From NCBI GenBank assembly GCA_033442325.1, contig JAWQFM010000004.1, positions 614,979 through 678,978 on the forward strand: 64,000 nucleotides of DNA, in the 5' to 3' direction. Each line of letters starts with the position of its first letter. Position 1 is the first letter of the stretch. Positions 32,762 through 49,558 of this stretch are shown piece after piece. A program made the translations under genes and the position numbers. A model generated the notes under the pieces. It searched no databases. It was not told where the DNA came from and was given only the letters and a program-made list of their open reading frames with translations. The stretch comes from Salpingoeca rosetta. Taxonomy: Eukaryota; Protista; Choanoflagellata.

Positions 32762-34036
32762 TCAGCAGTCGGGGCGGATGACGAGGAGGGAGGCTGAGTT
32801 GGATGGCATGCCGTAGATGTCACCGTTTGGCGCGCGCACCGCGTCCGTCCACAAACCGATTCCTGATGCTCCAGTGTCGAGGGTGGTCGTGTCGGTGGTG
32901 TTGGTGGCAGGGTCGATGATGAGAACAGAGGTTGCGGACAGTGGGACGGCGTAGATGCGGTTGTCGCGGCCGAGGACGGCCCCGCCCCACTTGCTGGTCA
33001 TGGTACCGAGCCCGGTGATGGTGGTCAAATCCAACGTGTGTGTGGCGGGATCGATGATGAGCACCTCTGGCGCCCCAAATGGCGTGCAGTAGATGAGTCC
33101 GTTGGGCGCGAGCACGCCCCCCATCCACTTGAGAGCGCTTGAACTGTCCCTGTCGGCCATAGATATGACCGCGGTGGTGTTGTTTATCGGGTCAATGACA
33201 AGCACAGCGTCTGCATCATAAGGGGGCGCATAAATGAGCCCGTTGGGGGCAGCCACGCCCCCAAACCACTTCCCGCTCACGGCAGCCACCATGCTGGTGG
33301 TGTTGGTTGTGTTGGTGCTGGGGTCGATGATGAGAACGGAAGAGGATATGTAAGGGATGCCGAAGATGCGGCCGTCATCGGCCAACACACCGCGCGCCCA
33401 TTTGGGGGTGTCATCTCTGAGGCCGGCGATGGTGGTGACGTCTGCGGTGTTTGTGGCAGGGTCAATGATGAGCACGGACCCCGCAAAGAACGGGATGCCG
33501 TAGATGAGGCCGTTGTTGGCGAGCACGCCCCCTTGCCACTTGAAATCTGTGCTCGGCAGATTGGTCATTGTGGTGGTGTCCATGGTGTTTGTGCTGGGAT
33601 CGAGAATAAGGATGGCAGTTTCTGACGATGGAATGCCATAGATGAGCCCGTTGTTGGCCAGCACGCCACCGCTCCATCTTGAAGTCGTGCCAGGAGCCGT
33701 TGCCAGGGTGGCAACGGTTGGCATGCTCATCCTGCAAAGGGTTGACTGCGTGGTGGACAGGGCGGCAGAGAGGTGTCCCAGCATTTGTTGCTGCGACTGG
33801 ATGACATCTTGCTGAGCGCTCACGGTTGCGAAGAGCTGGCCGACGTCCACGCCGTTGATGAAAACGGGCTCGTGCAGGGGATTGCTCGTGTTGATGTGCA
33901 GCGCGCCCACGCTGTCGCGAACAATGCTGGCCAGTGCAGGAGCGCTGGTTTGTTCTGCCGCAGAGGCCATCATGATGGGCGCACCAGGTAACACGACGGC
34001 AGCCAGAGCTGCTGCAAGCACCAGCAGCCCCAGCAT
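32762..34036 (-). CDS. Intronless secreted protein: short beta-rich N-module, predicted coiled coil and seven ~50-aa WxGGVLAxNGxIYxxP repeats (probable 7-bladed beta-propeller)
   Basis: Signal peptide MLGLLVLAAALAAVVLPG from ATG 34036. Repeats WSGGVLANNGLIYGIP, WQGGVLANNGLIYGIP, WARGVLADDGRIFGIP, WFGGVAAPNGLIYAPP, WMGGVLAPNGLIYCTP, WGGAVLGRDNRIYAVP and WTDAVRAPNGDIYGMP; the first six are followed by a (V/I)L(I/V)(I/L)DP motif. Confidence 0.85.
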   Translation of the reverse strand: MLGLLVLAAALAAVVLPGAPIMMASAAEQTSAPALASIVRDSVGALHINTSNPLHEPVFINGVDVGQLFATVSAQQDVIQSQQQMLGHLSAALSTTQSTLCRMSMPTVATLATAPGTTSRWSGGVLANNGLIYGIPSSETAILILDPSTNTMDTTTMTNLPSTDFKWQGGVLANNGLIYGIPFFAGSVLIIDPATNTADVTTIAGLRDDTPKWARGVLADDGRIFGIPYISSSVLIIDPSTNTTNTTSMVAAVSGKWFGGVAAPNGLIYAPPYDADAVLVIDPINNTTAVISMADRDSSSALKWMGGVLAPNGLIYCTPFGAPEVLIIDPATHTLDLTTITGLGTMTSKWGGAVLGRDNRIYAVPLSATSVLIIDPATNTTDTTTLDTGASGIGLWTDAVRAPNGDIYGMPSNSASLLVIRPDC

Positions 34037-34385
34037 GCTATGGATGTGGTGGGGTGTGAGACAGGAAAGGAGAAGGAGATGTGGGACAGGAAAGGAGGGT
34101 GGGAAGTGGGTGGGAAATGGGAGCACGCAAACAACAACAGGAGAACGCCAAGAAGAAGATTTGAATATGAGAGAAGACAACAAGAAAGCAAGCAAGGGGT
34201 TGTACGCCAAGCGAGCAAGCACGAGTTGCCTAATCGCGGACAATTATGCAAGTCTTCTAACAATTATCTACAACCACACCAGTAGCCTGCAACATTTTCC
34301 GCCCAGCGAAAGTGTTGGCTGTGTGCATTTCCCCCTCGCTCCAACGTTGCTTCATCGTCCACACGTCGTGCCTTGCCTTGCTTCC
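34037..34385. promoter_or_regulatory. Divergent promoter region between the beta-propeller gene and GCDH
   Basis: About 350 bp between divergent ATGs, with an AT-rich core at about 34230-34300. Confidence 0.55.
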
Positions 34386-38237
<3,852 letters not shown>

Positions 38238-38266
38238 AGCGACTGAATTCAGTCCACAAAATGAGC

Positions 38267-38272
38267 AATAAA
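38267..38272 (+). promoter_or_regulatory. Probable polyadenylation signal (AATAAA) of GCDH
   Basis: AATAAA 30 nt downstream of the GCDH stop codon. Confidence 0.5.
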
Positions 38273-38359
38273 AGTGCATTGAATTCATTTGTAAAACAAA
38301 CAAAGGAAAGGAAAAAGCGGGGAAGAAGGACTTTGCATCCACTGACTGACGTGCAAACA

Positions 38360-38400
<41 letters not shown>

Positions 38401-38408
38401 ACACAGTG

Positions 38409-39820
38409 ATGAGCGACTTTGCTGAGAGAGCTGGCTCTGTGGCGAGTTCAACGCCTTGGGGAAGGTGGCAACAAACCATTGACGAGGTGAGAGTGCAAGC
38501 GCCTACCTGTGTTTGTGTGTGTGTGCGTGTGTGCATGTGTGCACATGTTGATCAAATGCAAGCCATCCACTCATCTCTTCCCTCACACGAGAGTATTTGC
38601 GTGTGCGGCAGGTTGAGATTGTGGTGGATGTTCCCAAAGGCACGCGTGGCCGCGATGTTCAGGTGAACTTTGTGACCGTTGCCACGGCGTGCCATTGTGG
38701 ATTGCTTGCGCTGGTTCTCATGCCTTGTGTTCTGCTCTCACCTTTTCCTGGCTTTCAGGTCGACATGAAACCAGCCTCGATCGGCGTGGCCGTGAACAAG
38801 AACCCAGTCATGCAGGTCTGCTCCCTGATTTTCTCCTTTGTTCCTCCTGTATTGCCGCGCTCCTGTGTTTCCACAGCTTCGCTGTGTTCCCAACACAGTT
38901 GCACCTCGCTCTAGCCGCACTGTTGGCCTCATGCTCGCGTTTCTTTTCGATTTGGTCAGGGCGAGCTGCTGCACAGCGTCATCGTGGACGAGAGCACATG
39001 GACCATTGGTGAGGCAAAGTCGAACTGCGTGCATTCGCATTCGAACACGCGCGCGTGACGACGGCCGTGAGCTTGTCTCTTCTCGAACAACAAAAAATGT
39101 GATCCCGGTGTCTCATGCTCTCACATCCACGCAGAGAACGACGGAGCAGAGCTGCATATCCTCCTGATCAAGAGTCACAGAGACGCATCAGGTGCATGGT
39201 CCTCGCTTCTCAAGGACCAGGTATGTTCATGTGACACACGTCTCGATGTCCGTGAGAACTTTCTCGCTTGCGCCATGCTTCGGACGTTTGCATCGTCACA
39301 ACTCAAGTGTGCGTGATGTGTGTGCGACAGTATGAGCTGGATCCACTTGTATTCGACCAGGTCCAGAAGCAGCTCACCCTCGAGCGCTTTCAACGAGAGG
39401 TTTGCCGGCAGCTTGCGTCAAATCAACATCGTGCTTGTGCTTGTGTGTGTGTGTGTGTGTGTGCGTGTGTCTGTCTGTGTGTGTCTCTGAACGTTTATTT
39501 CTGCCTCAGTGTTTATTCCTGTCTCTGTCTCGGTCGTTCGCTCCCCCTTCTTACTTACAACCGTTCATGCCATCTCCTGCATCACCAGAATCCCGGCTTT
39601 GACTTCACCGACGCCGAAGTCACCGGCAACTACCAGGTGTCTTGACCGTATGCCACATTGCAACGTGTTGCATTGTACCCTCCTTGGACTTGCATATTGT
39701 GTGGCGTGTAACCTGGCACACCTCGCTTTGTTGTTGTTGACTGGTTGCGGCGAGCTCATATCATCATCTCCTCTTTGTGATTTGCAGGGAGGGGGACCAA
39801 GCATGCCTTCGTCATCTTAA
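38409..39820 (+). CDS. NUDCD2: NudC domain-containing protein 2 (CS/p23 domain co-chaperone); multi-exon
   Basis: MSDFAERAGSVASSTPWGRWQQTIDEVEIVVDVPKGTRGRDV, DESTWT, WSSLLK, DQVQKQLTLERFQRENPGFDFTDAEVTGNY and GGP match NUDCD2. Confidence 0.92.
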
Positions 39821-39826
39821 TATCAA

Positions 39827-39906
<80 letters not shown>

Positions 39907-40155
39907 AGGGGGGAGGACGGATGTGTTTGACTTGTTCTTATCGTAGGAGTGAAATGCTTGTTCTGTTGCAAGCAAACCAATGTTGCTTCTGCTCTCTCTG
40001 CCTTTGCGCCACATTATTGTAACCAAATACAGCGTTTAGTATTAGGGAGCGCAATAACAACCGAGCGCACAGTAGGCATCATATATCAACTCACACTGTA
40101 ATCAATCGAGCGGCAAGCCATCAATCAAATCAAACTGGCGTCTTAACCCGAGTCC

Positions 40156-40282
<127 letters not shown>

Positions 40283-40289
40283 AGAGTGT

Positions 40290-42164
40290 TCACTTGCTTC
40301 GCATCACACGCATGTGGCGCTCCAGCAACACGTCCATGGCCGCAGTGCCGTGTCGTATTCTCCGTTGCCGCTGCTGGCCAGTGCTCGCACGTGTGGCGGC
40401 GTCGCTTCCACTGACAGCACAATCGCTCCCATCGGCACTGCCATTCACTGTCATGGACGCAAACGCCGTCGCCAGATCCTCTTCCTGCCCATGATCATCA
40501 TCATCGCCATCAGCGTCACCATCACCATCGCCGTCACCACCAACAACGGCACCACCACGGCCACGAGGGCGACCGTTGCCACCAACAGCGTCATTGGTAT
40601 CGATGTCAGCATCGTAACCGTAGTCGTCGTTGTCGTCGTCGTCGTCGGTGTTCCACTCCTCAGCGTCAATATCATCGTCATTAAGAGCAGCGTGGATGTC
40701 TTCGTCCGCAAATGCCTCCATCATAAACCGCTCTTCCTCCATCACGCTTCTCATCCGTCCTGCTGCTGTGCCGACCCCTGTTGCCGCTCGTGCTGTTGAT
40801 GACGATGCCGATGACGATGACGATGATGATGATAACGATGTTGACTTGTTTGTCGCTGTTGCCCCGTGTGCGCGTGTGCCATGCATGGTGTCTTCGACAT
40901 CCGCAGCGGTGTTCGCCATGCCGGCAAAGGAGGCAGCAAGCCGCGCCTCACGTGTGCGCCCATCAAACATCAGCCCGCCTCTGGTCTGCCGCATCGCCCC
41001 CACTGTTGTCCCCATCGCGTCCCCTTGCACACGTTCGCTCAACGCACCGTCACCGATATGGCGTATGCTCTGCACGCGCTGCTGGTGTTGGCCACCACCA
41101 CTGTCAGCACAGTCCGCATAGTGTGCCATCGCCTCCGCGTCGGCCGCCAGCTGTTGGAGGTGGACGGCTCTCGACGCAGCCAGCGCAGGCGCAGGGGTGG
41201 GCAGCATTGAGGCGGCGATGCCGGATGCCTCGTCCACGGTGAGAATGTCGTCGCTCGGCGTGCGCACGAGCTGGCAGGAAAAGCAGCTGTAGGCCTCGGA
41301 GAGCGTGTTCACCTGCCACGCGTCTGACGGCTCAAATGCTGAGCCCATCACCTCCTGGATGCGAGCGCAGTTGTCTTGCGGTGTGAGGTCAGCACGCCAC
41401 TCCGTGCGAACGAGATGCGCAGCCCGCATCAACCCAAACGTCTTGCACTTGAAGAAGTCGCAGCCAACGATGGCGGCAAAGCAGCGCAGCATATCCACGC
41501 TGAACCCCTCGAGGTGGCCTTTGGTGCCACGATACACCACGCCCTCGATGCCCGTGCTTTCCGTGGACCAGGACGGGCTGACGATGAGCTTGTTCTCCAT
41601 GCCGTGGAAGAGCGCCATATCGCTGTCGTTGGACGGCACGAGGGCGTAGTCCGCAAGCCCCGCGGCGCACAGGTACGCCAGCTGGCTGTCTGCGTCGTGT
41701 GGTGGGTGGTGGATGGTGACGCGCCCAGGGAACCGCTGCACAAACAGTGTGGCCAGGGTGTTCACCAGCTCATCTGTGGGCCTGACCCCCGCGCGCTTCC
41801 TGCGCTTCATTTGCGTGGTGGTCTTGGCAGGGTGCATGCCCTCAAGTACAACGTGCACGTGCTTGACCTGCAGGGAGTGCACGAGGGCCTCCGCAGCAAG
41901 CAGCGTGTCGTTCACGGCGAGCTTCAGCACTCGCTCTGCGGCCGGGGAGGTTGCGCCGTGTGCATAGCGGGCGCCGCCGCTTGTGTTTCGTCCTGTGCTG
42001 GTGTAGTTTGATCCCACCTGAGCTGCGTCATGGCCACGGATCAGGCGATGCAGCGTTCCAAACAGCTCCCAGCACACGCTCTTTCCTACCACATTCACTG
42101 TCTCGCGTTGCACGCTCACCAGTGTCTGTCCAAGCAGGGCCCTCCACCCATGATTCACGCCCAT
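40290..42164 (-). CDS. Intronless divergent XPG/Rad2-family (EXO1-like) 5' nuclease with an acidic low-complexity tail
   Basis: Probable start MGVNHGWRALL (XPG-N MG motif). Motifs GKSVCWELFGTLH, HVHVVLEGMHPAKTTTQMKRRKR, PPHDADSQLAYLCAAGLAD, NDSDMALF and H3TH LRCFAAIVGCDF...FGLMRA. An AT-rich promoter-like patch at about 42250-42300 lies upstream. Confidence 0.82.
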   Translation of the reverse strand: MGVNHGWRALLGQTLVSVQRETVNVVGKSVCWELFGTLHRLIRGHDAAQVGSNYTSTGRNTSGGARYAHGATSPAAERVLKLAVNDTLLAAEALVHSLQVKHVHVVLEGMHPAKTTTQMKRRKRAGVRPTDELVNTLATLFVQRFPGRVTIHHPPHDADSQLAYLCAAGLADYALVPSNDSDMALFHGMENKLIVSPSWSTESTGIEGVVYRGTKGHLEGFSVDMLRCFAAIVGCDFFKCKTFGLMRAAHLVRTEWRADLTPQDNCARIQEVMGSAFEPSDAWQVNTLSEAYSCFSCQLVRTPSDDILTVDEASGIAASMLPTPAPALAASRAVHLQQLAADAEAMAHYADCADSGGGQHQQRVQSIRHIGDGALSERVQGDAMGTTVGAMRQTRGGLMFDGRTREARLAASFAGMANTAADVEDTMHGTRAHGATATNKSTSLSSSSSSSSASSSTARAATGVGTAAGRMRSVMEEERFMMEAFADEDIHAALNDDDIDAEEWNTDDDDDNDDYGYDADIDTNDAVGGNGRPRGRGGAVVGGDGDGDGDADGDDDDHGQEEDLATAFASMTVNGSADGSDCAVSGSDAATRASTGQQRQRRIRHGTAAMDVLLERHMRVMRSK

Positions 42165-42511
42165 GACAACAGTGGTGTGGGATGCGTGTGCGTGTGTCTG
42201 TGGGGAATGCTGCTTTGTCTTGTTGTTGTTGGCGCAACCACGCCACCAACTGTAGAATATTATCTGAAGTTTTCCACAAAACATCCGCAATGCGCGGTTT
42301 GGATGCGTGTTGATATGGATGAAGGAGATGCAGGCGTGTTTGTGTATTGACACTGTGCATCAGTGATCAAAGCTCATTGCACTAACTGGGAGGGAAGAAG
42401 GAAGCGAGAGGAGACACACACACACACACACACAAGCACACACATGTTCACATACACACACATGTTCACATACACACACATGTTCACACATACACACACA
42501 CACGAGGCGCG

Positions 42512-43954
<1,443 letters not shown>

Positions 43955-44528
43955 GGCCACGACCACGACCACGACCAGCGGCAGGCGGCGTACGTGCTGA
44001 GTCGCTCTGTCGACTGGAGACGAACAATGAGCACGGAGCGCTCCGGCTGCGGCAGAAGCGGCTGCAGCAGTTCAAGACCCGCTGCCGTAGTATAGTGAAC
44101 ATAAACACGCCGTGACATATGGCTGGTATACTTGTGGGTTGGCCGAAACCCGTTACGGGTAGTATCTGTACAAAACTGTGCCCCACGGCTTATGAACGAT
44201 TATGCCCAACATAAGGTGGCACTGACTCGTTATCAAAATAAAAGATTCGACCACTGGTCCAGTGAACTTGTCTAGGCGTAAACCGTAAGTCCCTAAAGTC
44301 TGTATTGAGTGGCCACACGACGACGGAGGAGGTTCGATCTCAGAAGGTTATTTGAATTTTCGCAGCCCCAAATTCAGCTTACGGGCATCCGATTGCTAAA
44401 ACGGATAGAGACGCGTTGAACGCCTCAGAGCCAGCCGGCGTTTGCTGGACGTTTAACCAGCGTTTTTTGGTACTATGATAGGGGGGTGTCTGGTTTAAAC
44501 ATACCTTCCACTATTTGCGCGTGGGGTT

Positions 44529-45783
44529 TAAGCACTCTTGTCTAACACGTGTATTTGGGAGAGTGTGTGTGTGTGTGTGTGTGCTTTGTGTCGTCATTGT
44601 GTGTGTGTGTGTGTGTGCGCGAGTGTGTGTGTGAATGGCGATTACGATGAACACATCGGATATGAGCAGCACTCACGCACACACTCAAGCACAATACGCA
44701 TTCACGTACACACTCTCCTTCTCTATGCGCGCGTGTGCGTGCGTACATGAATGCGTACCATCATCGGATGGCGCAAAGCTAACGGCAATGCGATTCGAGC
44801 GGCGCGGCAGCAGCGACGACGACGACCCTGTGGATACGTGTGTATGTGTGTGTGTGTGTTTATGTGTGTGTGTGTGTGTGTTTATGTGTGTGTGTATGTT
44901 CATGAGTGTGTGTTAGCGCCGGGGCCCCAGGTCTGAATTAGCGCTCGACAACGCATCATACGCCCACCCACCATCATCGTCACCACCACCTTGCTTAGCG
45001 AGTTTGGTGGGCTGCTCAGTGCCGTCCCCATCCTGCTGTCGCCGCTTCGCTCCTTGCTGCTGCTGCTGTGATGCTGTTGTTGCTGTTGCTGTAGCGGCAG
45101 CTGCGTTGCTCGCTGTGTCTGCTTTCGGTATCGTCGATGTCGTCGTTGTCGTCGTCGTTGTTCGCATACTGCCGACACCACCGCCGCTGGTGAGGTCTGA
45201 TACAGACGACAGTCGTGACGGCACAACAGGCGTCCCTGCTCCGCTCGTCGCCTTCCTGCCATCGCCACCACCATTCGCATTGCCGCTGCCACTTGCTCCT
45301 GTTGCTGCTGGTGTTGTTGCCGACGATGATGGTGCTGACAGTGCCGGCGTAGTACTGCGCTGCTGCTGATGTTGCTGCTGTTGCTGCTGTGCCTGTGATT
45401 GTTGGCGTGGTGGCGGTCCGTTTGCAATCGCCGCTATGTGACCTCCAGTGCTCTGCACGCGTGCAGTGCGCAGGTTCTTGCGCTGCTGCGCACGTGCAGC
45501 TGCCATGGTCTGTGCCGCTGCTGCGTCACTCGCCACCACACCCGGCGACACCACCACGCGCTTGTTGAGTTCGCACGCGGGGCCGTGCGCATATGGGACG
45601 TCCGGTGCCAGCGCCTTTTCAAGCAGATACGCCCGCAGGAGCGCCTGCGTGATCTTGGCTGCAGTGGAGGAGTGTGTTTGCATGTGTGTTGTGTGTGTGC
45701 GTGTGTGAGTGTATTAGTGTGTGTGCGTTTTAGTGTGTGTGTATTGATATGTGTGTGTGTGTATTAGTTAGTTAGTTAGTTAG

Positions 45784-45845
<62 letters not shown>

Positions 45846-46093
45846 TGTGACGACAAGTTTCCGAGCGTCAAACACATGCTACACCATGACCGCGAATCAG
45901 CCACCCCCACCCCACTTGCATGCCATCATCCGTCGACCAACCTTTCTTCTGCCAGAGCTTCTCCGTGATGAGCTGGTTGACGAGGTCGGCGGTGCCGCGG
46001 CGATGGCTGCGGATGGACAGCTCAACAAACCGGTCAATGGCATACGGGAACAGGCGCCTCGCCTCAAGCACGCCAGCCATCATCGGCTGCCGT
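44529..46093 (-). CDS. Hypothetical protein, 3' portion (5' exons probably in gap 46417-47414); helical region followed by a Gln/Thr/Ser-rich tail
   Basis: Exon 46093-45942 splices in phase to an exon starting at 45658, giving RQPMMAGVLEARRLFPYAIDRFVELSIRSHRRGTADLVNQLITEKLWQKKAKITQALLRAYLLEKALAPDVPY. It ends either at the stop at 44913 or, through two small exons near 44830-44760 and 44542, at about 44529. Confidence 0.55.
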
Positions 46094-46373
46094 CTGGGGA
46101 TTGATTGAGTGGGGCAGCAAGACAACACAGTGGTCGTGTAAGACGTGTGTGAATGCGCGTGTGTGTGTGTGTGTGCGTGTGTGTGTATGTGTGTGTGTGT
46201 GAGGTGTTGCAGTGTCAGGTTAACATAATGGACGAGCTAGGCACGTGCACACACACACACACACACACACAACCGCACACACAAGCACAGGCACACACAA
46301 ACACACACACAGCCGCACACACACACACAACCGCACACATAAGCACAAGCACACACAAACACACACACACAGC

Positions 46374-46416
<43 letters not shown>

Positions 46417-47417
46417 NNNNNNNNNNNNNNNNNNNNNNNNNNNNNNNNNNNNNNNNNNNNNNNNNNNNNNNNNNNNNNNNNNNNNNNNNNNNNNNNNNNN
46501 NNNNNNNNNNNNNNNNNNNNNNNNNNNNNNNNNNNNNNNNNNNNNNNNNNNNNNNNNNNNNNNNNNNNNNNNNNNNNNNNNNNNNNNNNNNNNNNNNNNN
46601 NNNNNNNNNNNNNNNNNNNNNNNNNNNNNNNNNNNNNNNNNNNNNNNNNNNNNNNNNNNNNNNNNNNNNNNNNNNNNNNNNNNNNNNNNNNNNNNNNNNN
46701 NNNNNNNNNNNNNNNNNNNNNNNNNNNNNNNNNNNNNNNNNNNNNNNNNNNNNNNNNNNNNNNNNNNNNNNNNNNNNNNNNNNNNNNNNNNNNNNNNNNN
46801 NNNNNNNNNNNNNNNNNNNNNNNNNNNNNNNNNNNNNNNNNNNNNNNNNNNNNNNNNNNNNNNNNNNNNNNNNNNNNNNNNNNNNNNNNNNNNNNNNNNN
46901 NNNNNNNNNNNNNNNNNNNNNNNNNNNNNNNNNNNNNNNNNNNNNNNNNNNNNNNNNNNNNNNNNNNNNNNNNNNNNNNNNNNNNNNNNNNNNNNNNNNN
47001 NNNNNNNNNNNNNNNNNNNNNNNNNNNNNNNNNNNNNNNNNNNNNNNNNNNNNNNNNNNNNNNNNNNNNNNNNNNNNNNNNNNNNNNNNNNNNNNNNNNN
47101 NNNNNNNNNNNNNNNNNNNNNNNNNNNNNNNNNNNNNNNNNNNNNNNNNNNNNNNNNNNNNNNNNNNNNNNNNNNNNNNNNNNNNNNNNNNNNNNNNNNN
47201 NNNNNNNNNNNNNNNNNNNNNNNNNNNNNNNNNNNNNNNNNNNNNNNNNNNNNNNNNNNNNNNNNNNNNNNNNNNNNNNNNNNNNNNNNNNNNNNNNNNN
47301 NNNNNNNNNNNNNNNNNNNNNNNNNNNNNNNNNNNNNNNNNNNNNNNNNNNNNNNNNNNNNNNNNNNNNNNNNNNNNNNNNNNNNNNNNNNNNNNNNNNN
47401 NNNNNNNNNNNNNNACG

Positions 47418-47500
<83 letters not shown>

Positions 47501-47514
47501 TGTGTGTGTGATGC

Positions 47515-47665
47515 TCTGCCTCGCTGCCTCTCTGTCTCGCTGCCCCTCTGCCTCTCTGCCTCTCTGCCTCTCTGCCTCTCTGCCTCGCTGCCTCTCTGCC
47601 TCTCTGCCTCGCTGCCTCGCTGCCTCTCTGCCTCGCTGCCCCTCTGTCTCTCTGTCTCTGCCTCA
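47515..47665. repeat. Degenerate 8-bp (CTCTGCCT/CGCTGCCT) tandem repeat in an intron
   Basis: Direct tandem units visible upstream of the methyltransferase exon. Confidence 0.85.
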
Positions 47666-47732
47666 CTTCCCCTCTGTCTCTCTGCCTTTCTGTCTCGCCA
47701 CACGCTTGCGCTTATACGCCCTGGTTGCGCAG

Positions 47733-49281
47733 GCTGCTGGCCTCAAGGATGGCACGGAAGGGCTGGCACACCTGATCCAGCACCAGTGGAAGCAGGAAGC
47801 AGCCGCAACGTTCAAGGCTGACAAGCACTACGACTCCAAACGTGCAAAGGCCTACACGGCAAAGAACATCGTTGCCCAGGACAACCAGACCCGCGTGGCC
47901 GTTGCCGCGCTCGCCCCAATTGACCCACCGCCACCATCACCACCATCCCCGCCATCACAATCACCACCATCACCATTATCCTCTCCGCTGCCAACAGCAC
48001 CACCACAAACACGCACCAACCCTGATCTGTGGCTGGACGTCGGGTGCGGCACGTGTCTCAGCTCGCGCGCTGCAACGCAGATGTCACGCAACCACCACCG
48101 GGTCATCGGCATCGACATCAGTCAGGGCATGCTGGAGGAGCGCGTGCACGACGGTGCACTTGACGTTGTGCGCTGCAGCTTCACGCAACCGCTTCCGTTC
48201 AGGGATGGCGTATTTGGCGGCGCCTTTGGTATTGCCAGCATCCACTTTCTCAACTGCGCAAGCGCAACAGACACACGCGCAGACGACGTCACTGGCAGCA
48301 CTGCTACAGCATCAACAACAACAGCAGCACCAACAGCCCCAACGCCAACGCACCCGCTTCACACCGCTTCCGCTCATCAGCAACTATCGTCATCACCGCC
48401 TTCAGCACCTTCATCGTCATCATTGCCTTCATCGTCGTTGTCGTCGTCACGCCCACTGCGACTTTTGGCACTGACACATCCGGCCGTCACCCGTCAGCGC
48501 GCAGCATTCTTCTCGTCGCTGCACACCGCCCTCGTAGGCACACGTGCAACCGCAGCACATCCGCACCTTCAACACCGCGTGCCAGTGACGCAGCAGCAGC
48601 AACACGGCAACAAGGCAGGGGAAGAAGAAGTATTGCATGATGCACCACAGTTGACGGATGGTGTGACAGCGCAAGCGGTAATGACGACGACGACCACCAC
48701 CACCACCACTACCAATGAAAGCAGCAGCAACAGCAGCAGCATCAGTGGGGGCGTTGGCAGCGATGATGGGGAACATGAGCCGCAAGAGGACGGTTATAGG
48801 ATGGATGCGCAACACCCCAACGACAGCCGCTGCTGCTTCCAGCTGTTCCCGCAGCAGGATCGTCAAGAGGAGGAGATGGATGCACTCTGCACGACGGCAC
48901 GTGCGTGTGGATTCGACGCCACGCCGTTTGTAGCGTGGCCGCACCACACACCGGCGCCGCGCTGGTACCTGCACCTCCGCAAGCACACGCGTCACGAGGC
49001 ACAGCCTGGCGTGGGGCAGGAGCATGCTTGCAGGCAACCAGCAACGCCACCCGCGTATTGTAGCTGTCTGTTTCTGAAGACAGCGACAAACATCAGCGCG
49101 CCCTGTATTCTGTCGGTGCAACACGTCTTGCTGGACACAAGCGATGATGGCGATGGTGATGATAGCGATAGCGGTCATGGCGATGAGCATGAGGTGTGGA
49201 TATGGCATGTGAAGCAGCACTGCAGGTTTGCACGCAAACTGGTGCGAACGCTGCTGTGGCAGGAACAACTGGCCGCACAAG

Positions 49282-49354
<73 letters not shown>

Positions 49355-49356
49355 GC

Positions 49357-49388
<32 letters not shown>

Positions 49389-49558
49389 CTGTGGAAGCGG
49401 CGTTTCAGAGCAAAGGACAAGGGCATGAAACCGCTGACGTCCGCGGAACATGTTGTTGCCGTGAACCTTCGAAGGGCCATGGGGGATGATGCAACCTTCG
49501 AGGATTACGTGCAACACTACAAGCACACCATTCACCCAATCCTGCACCCAGCAGCGTG

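Noticed and set aside
45560-46093. Possible piggyBac transposase C-terminus (RRGTADLVNQL...LLRAYLL resembling GGVDxxDQ...NAYIL)
   Set aside because: The resemblance is weak, the conserved Asp-Gln and spacing are not kept, and the sized gap upstream looks too small for a spliced DDD domain. Left as a hypothetical protein.
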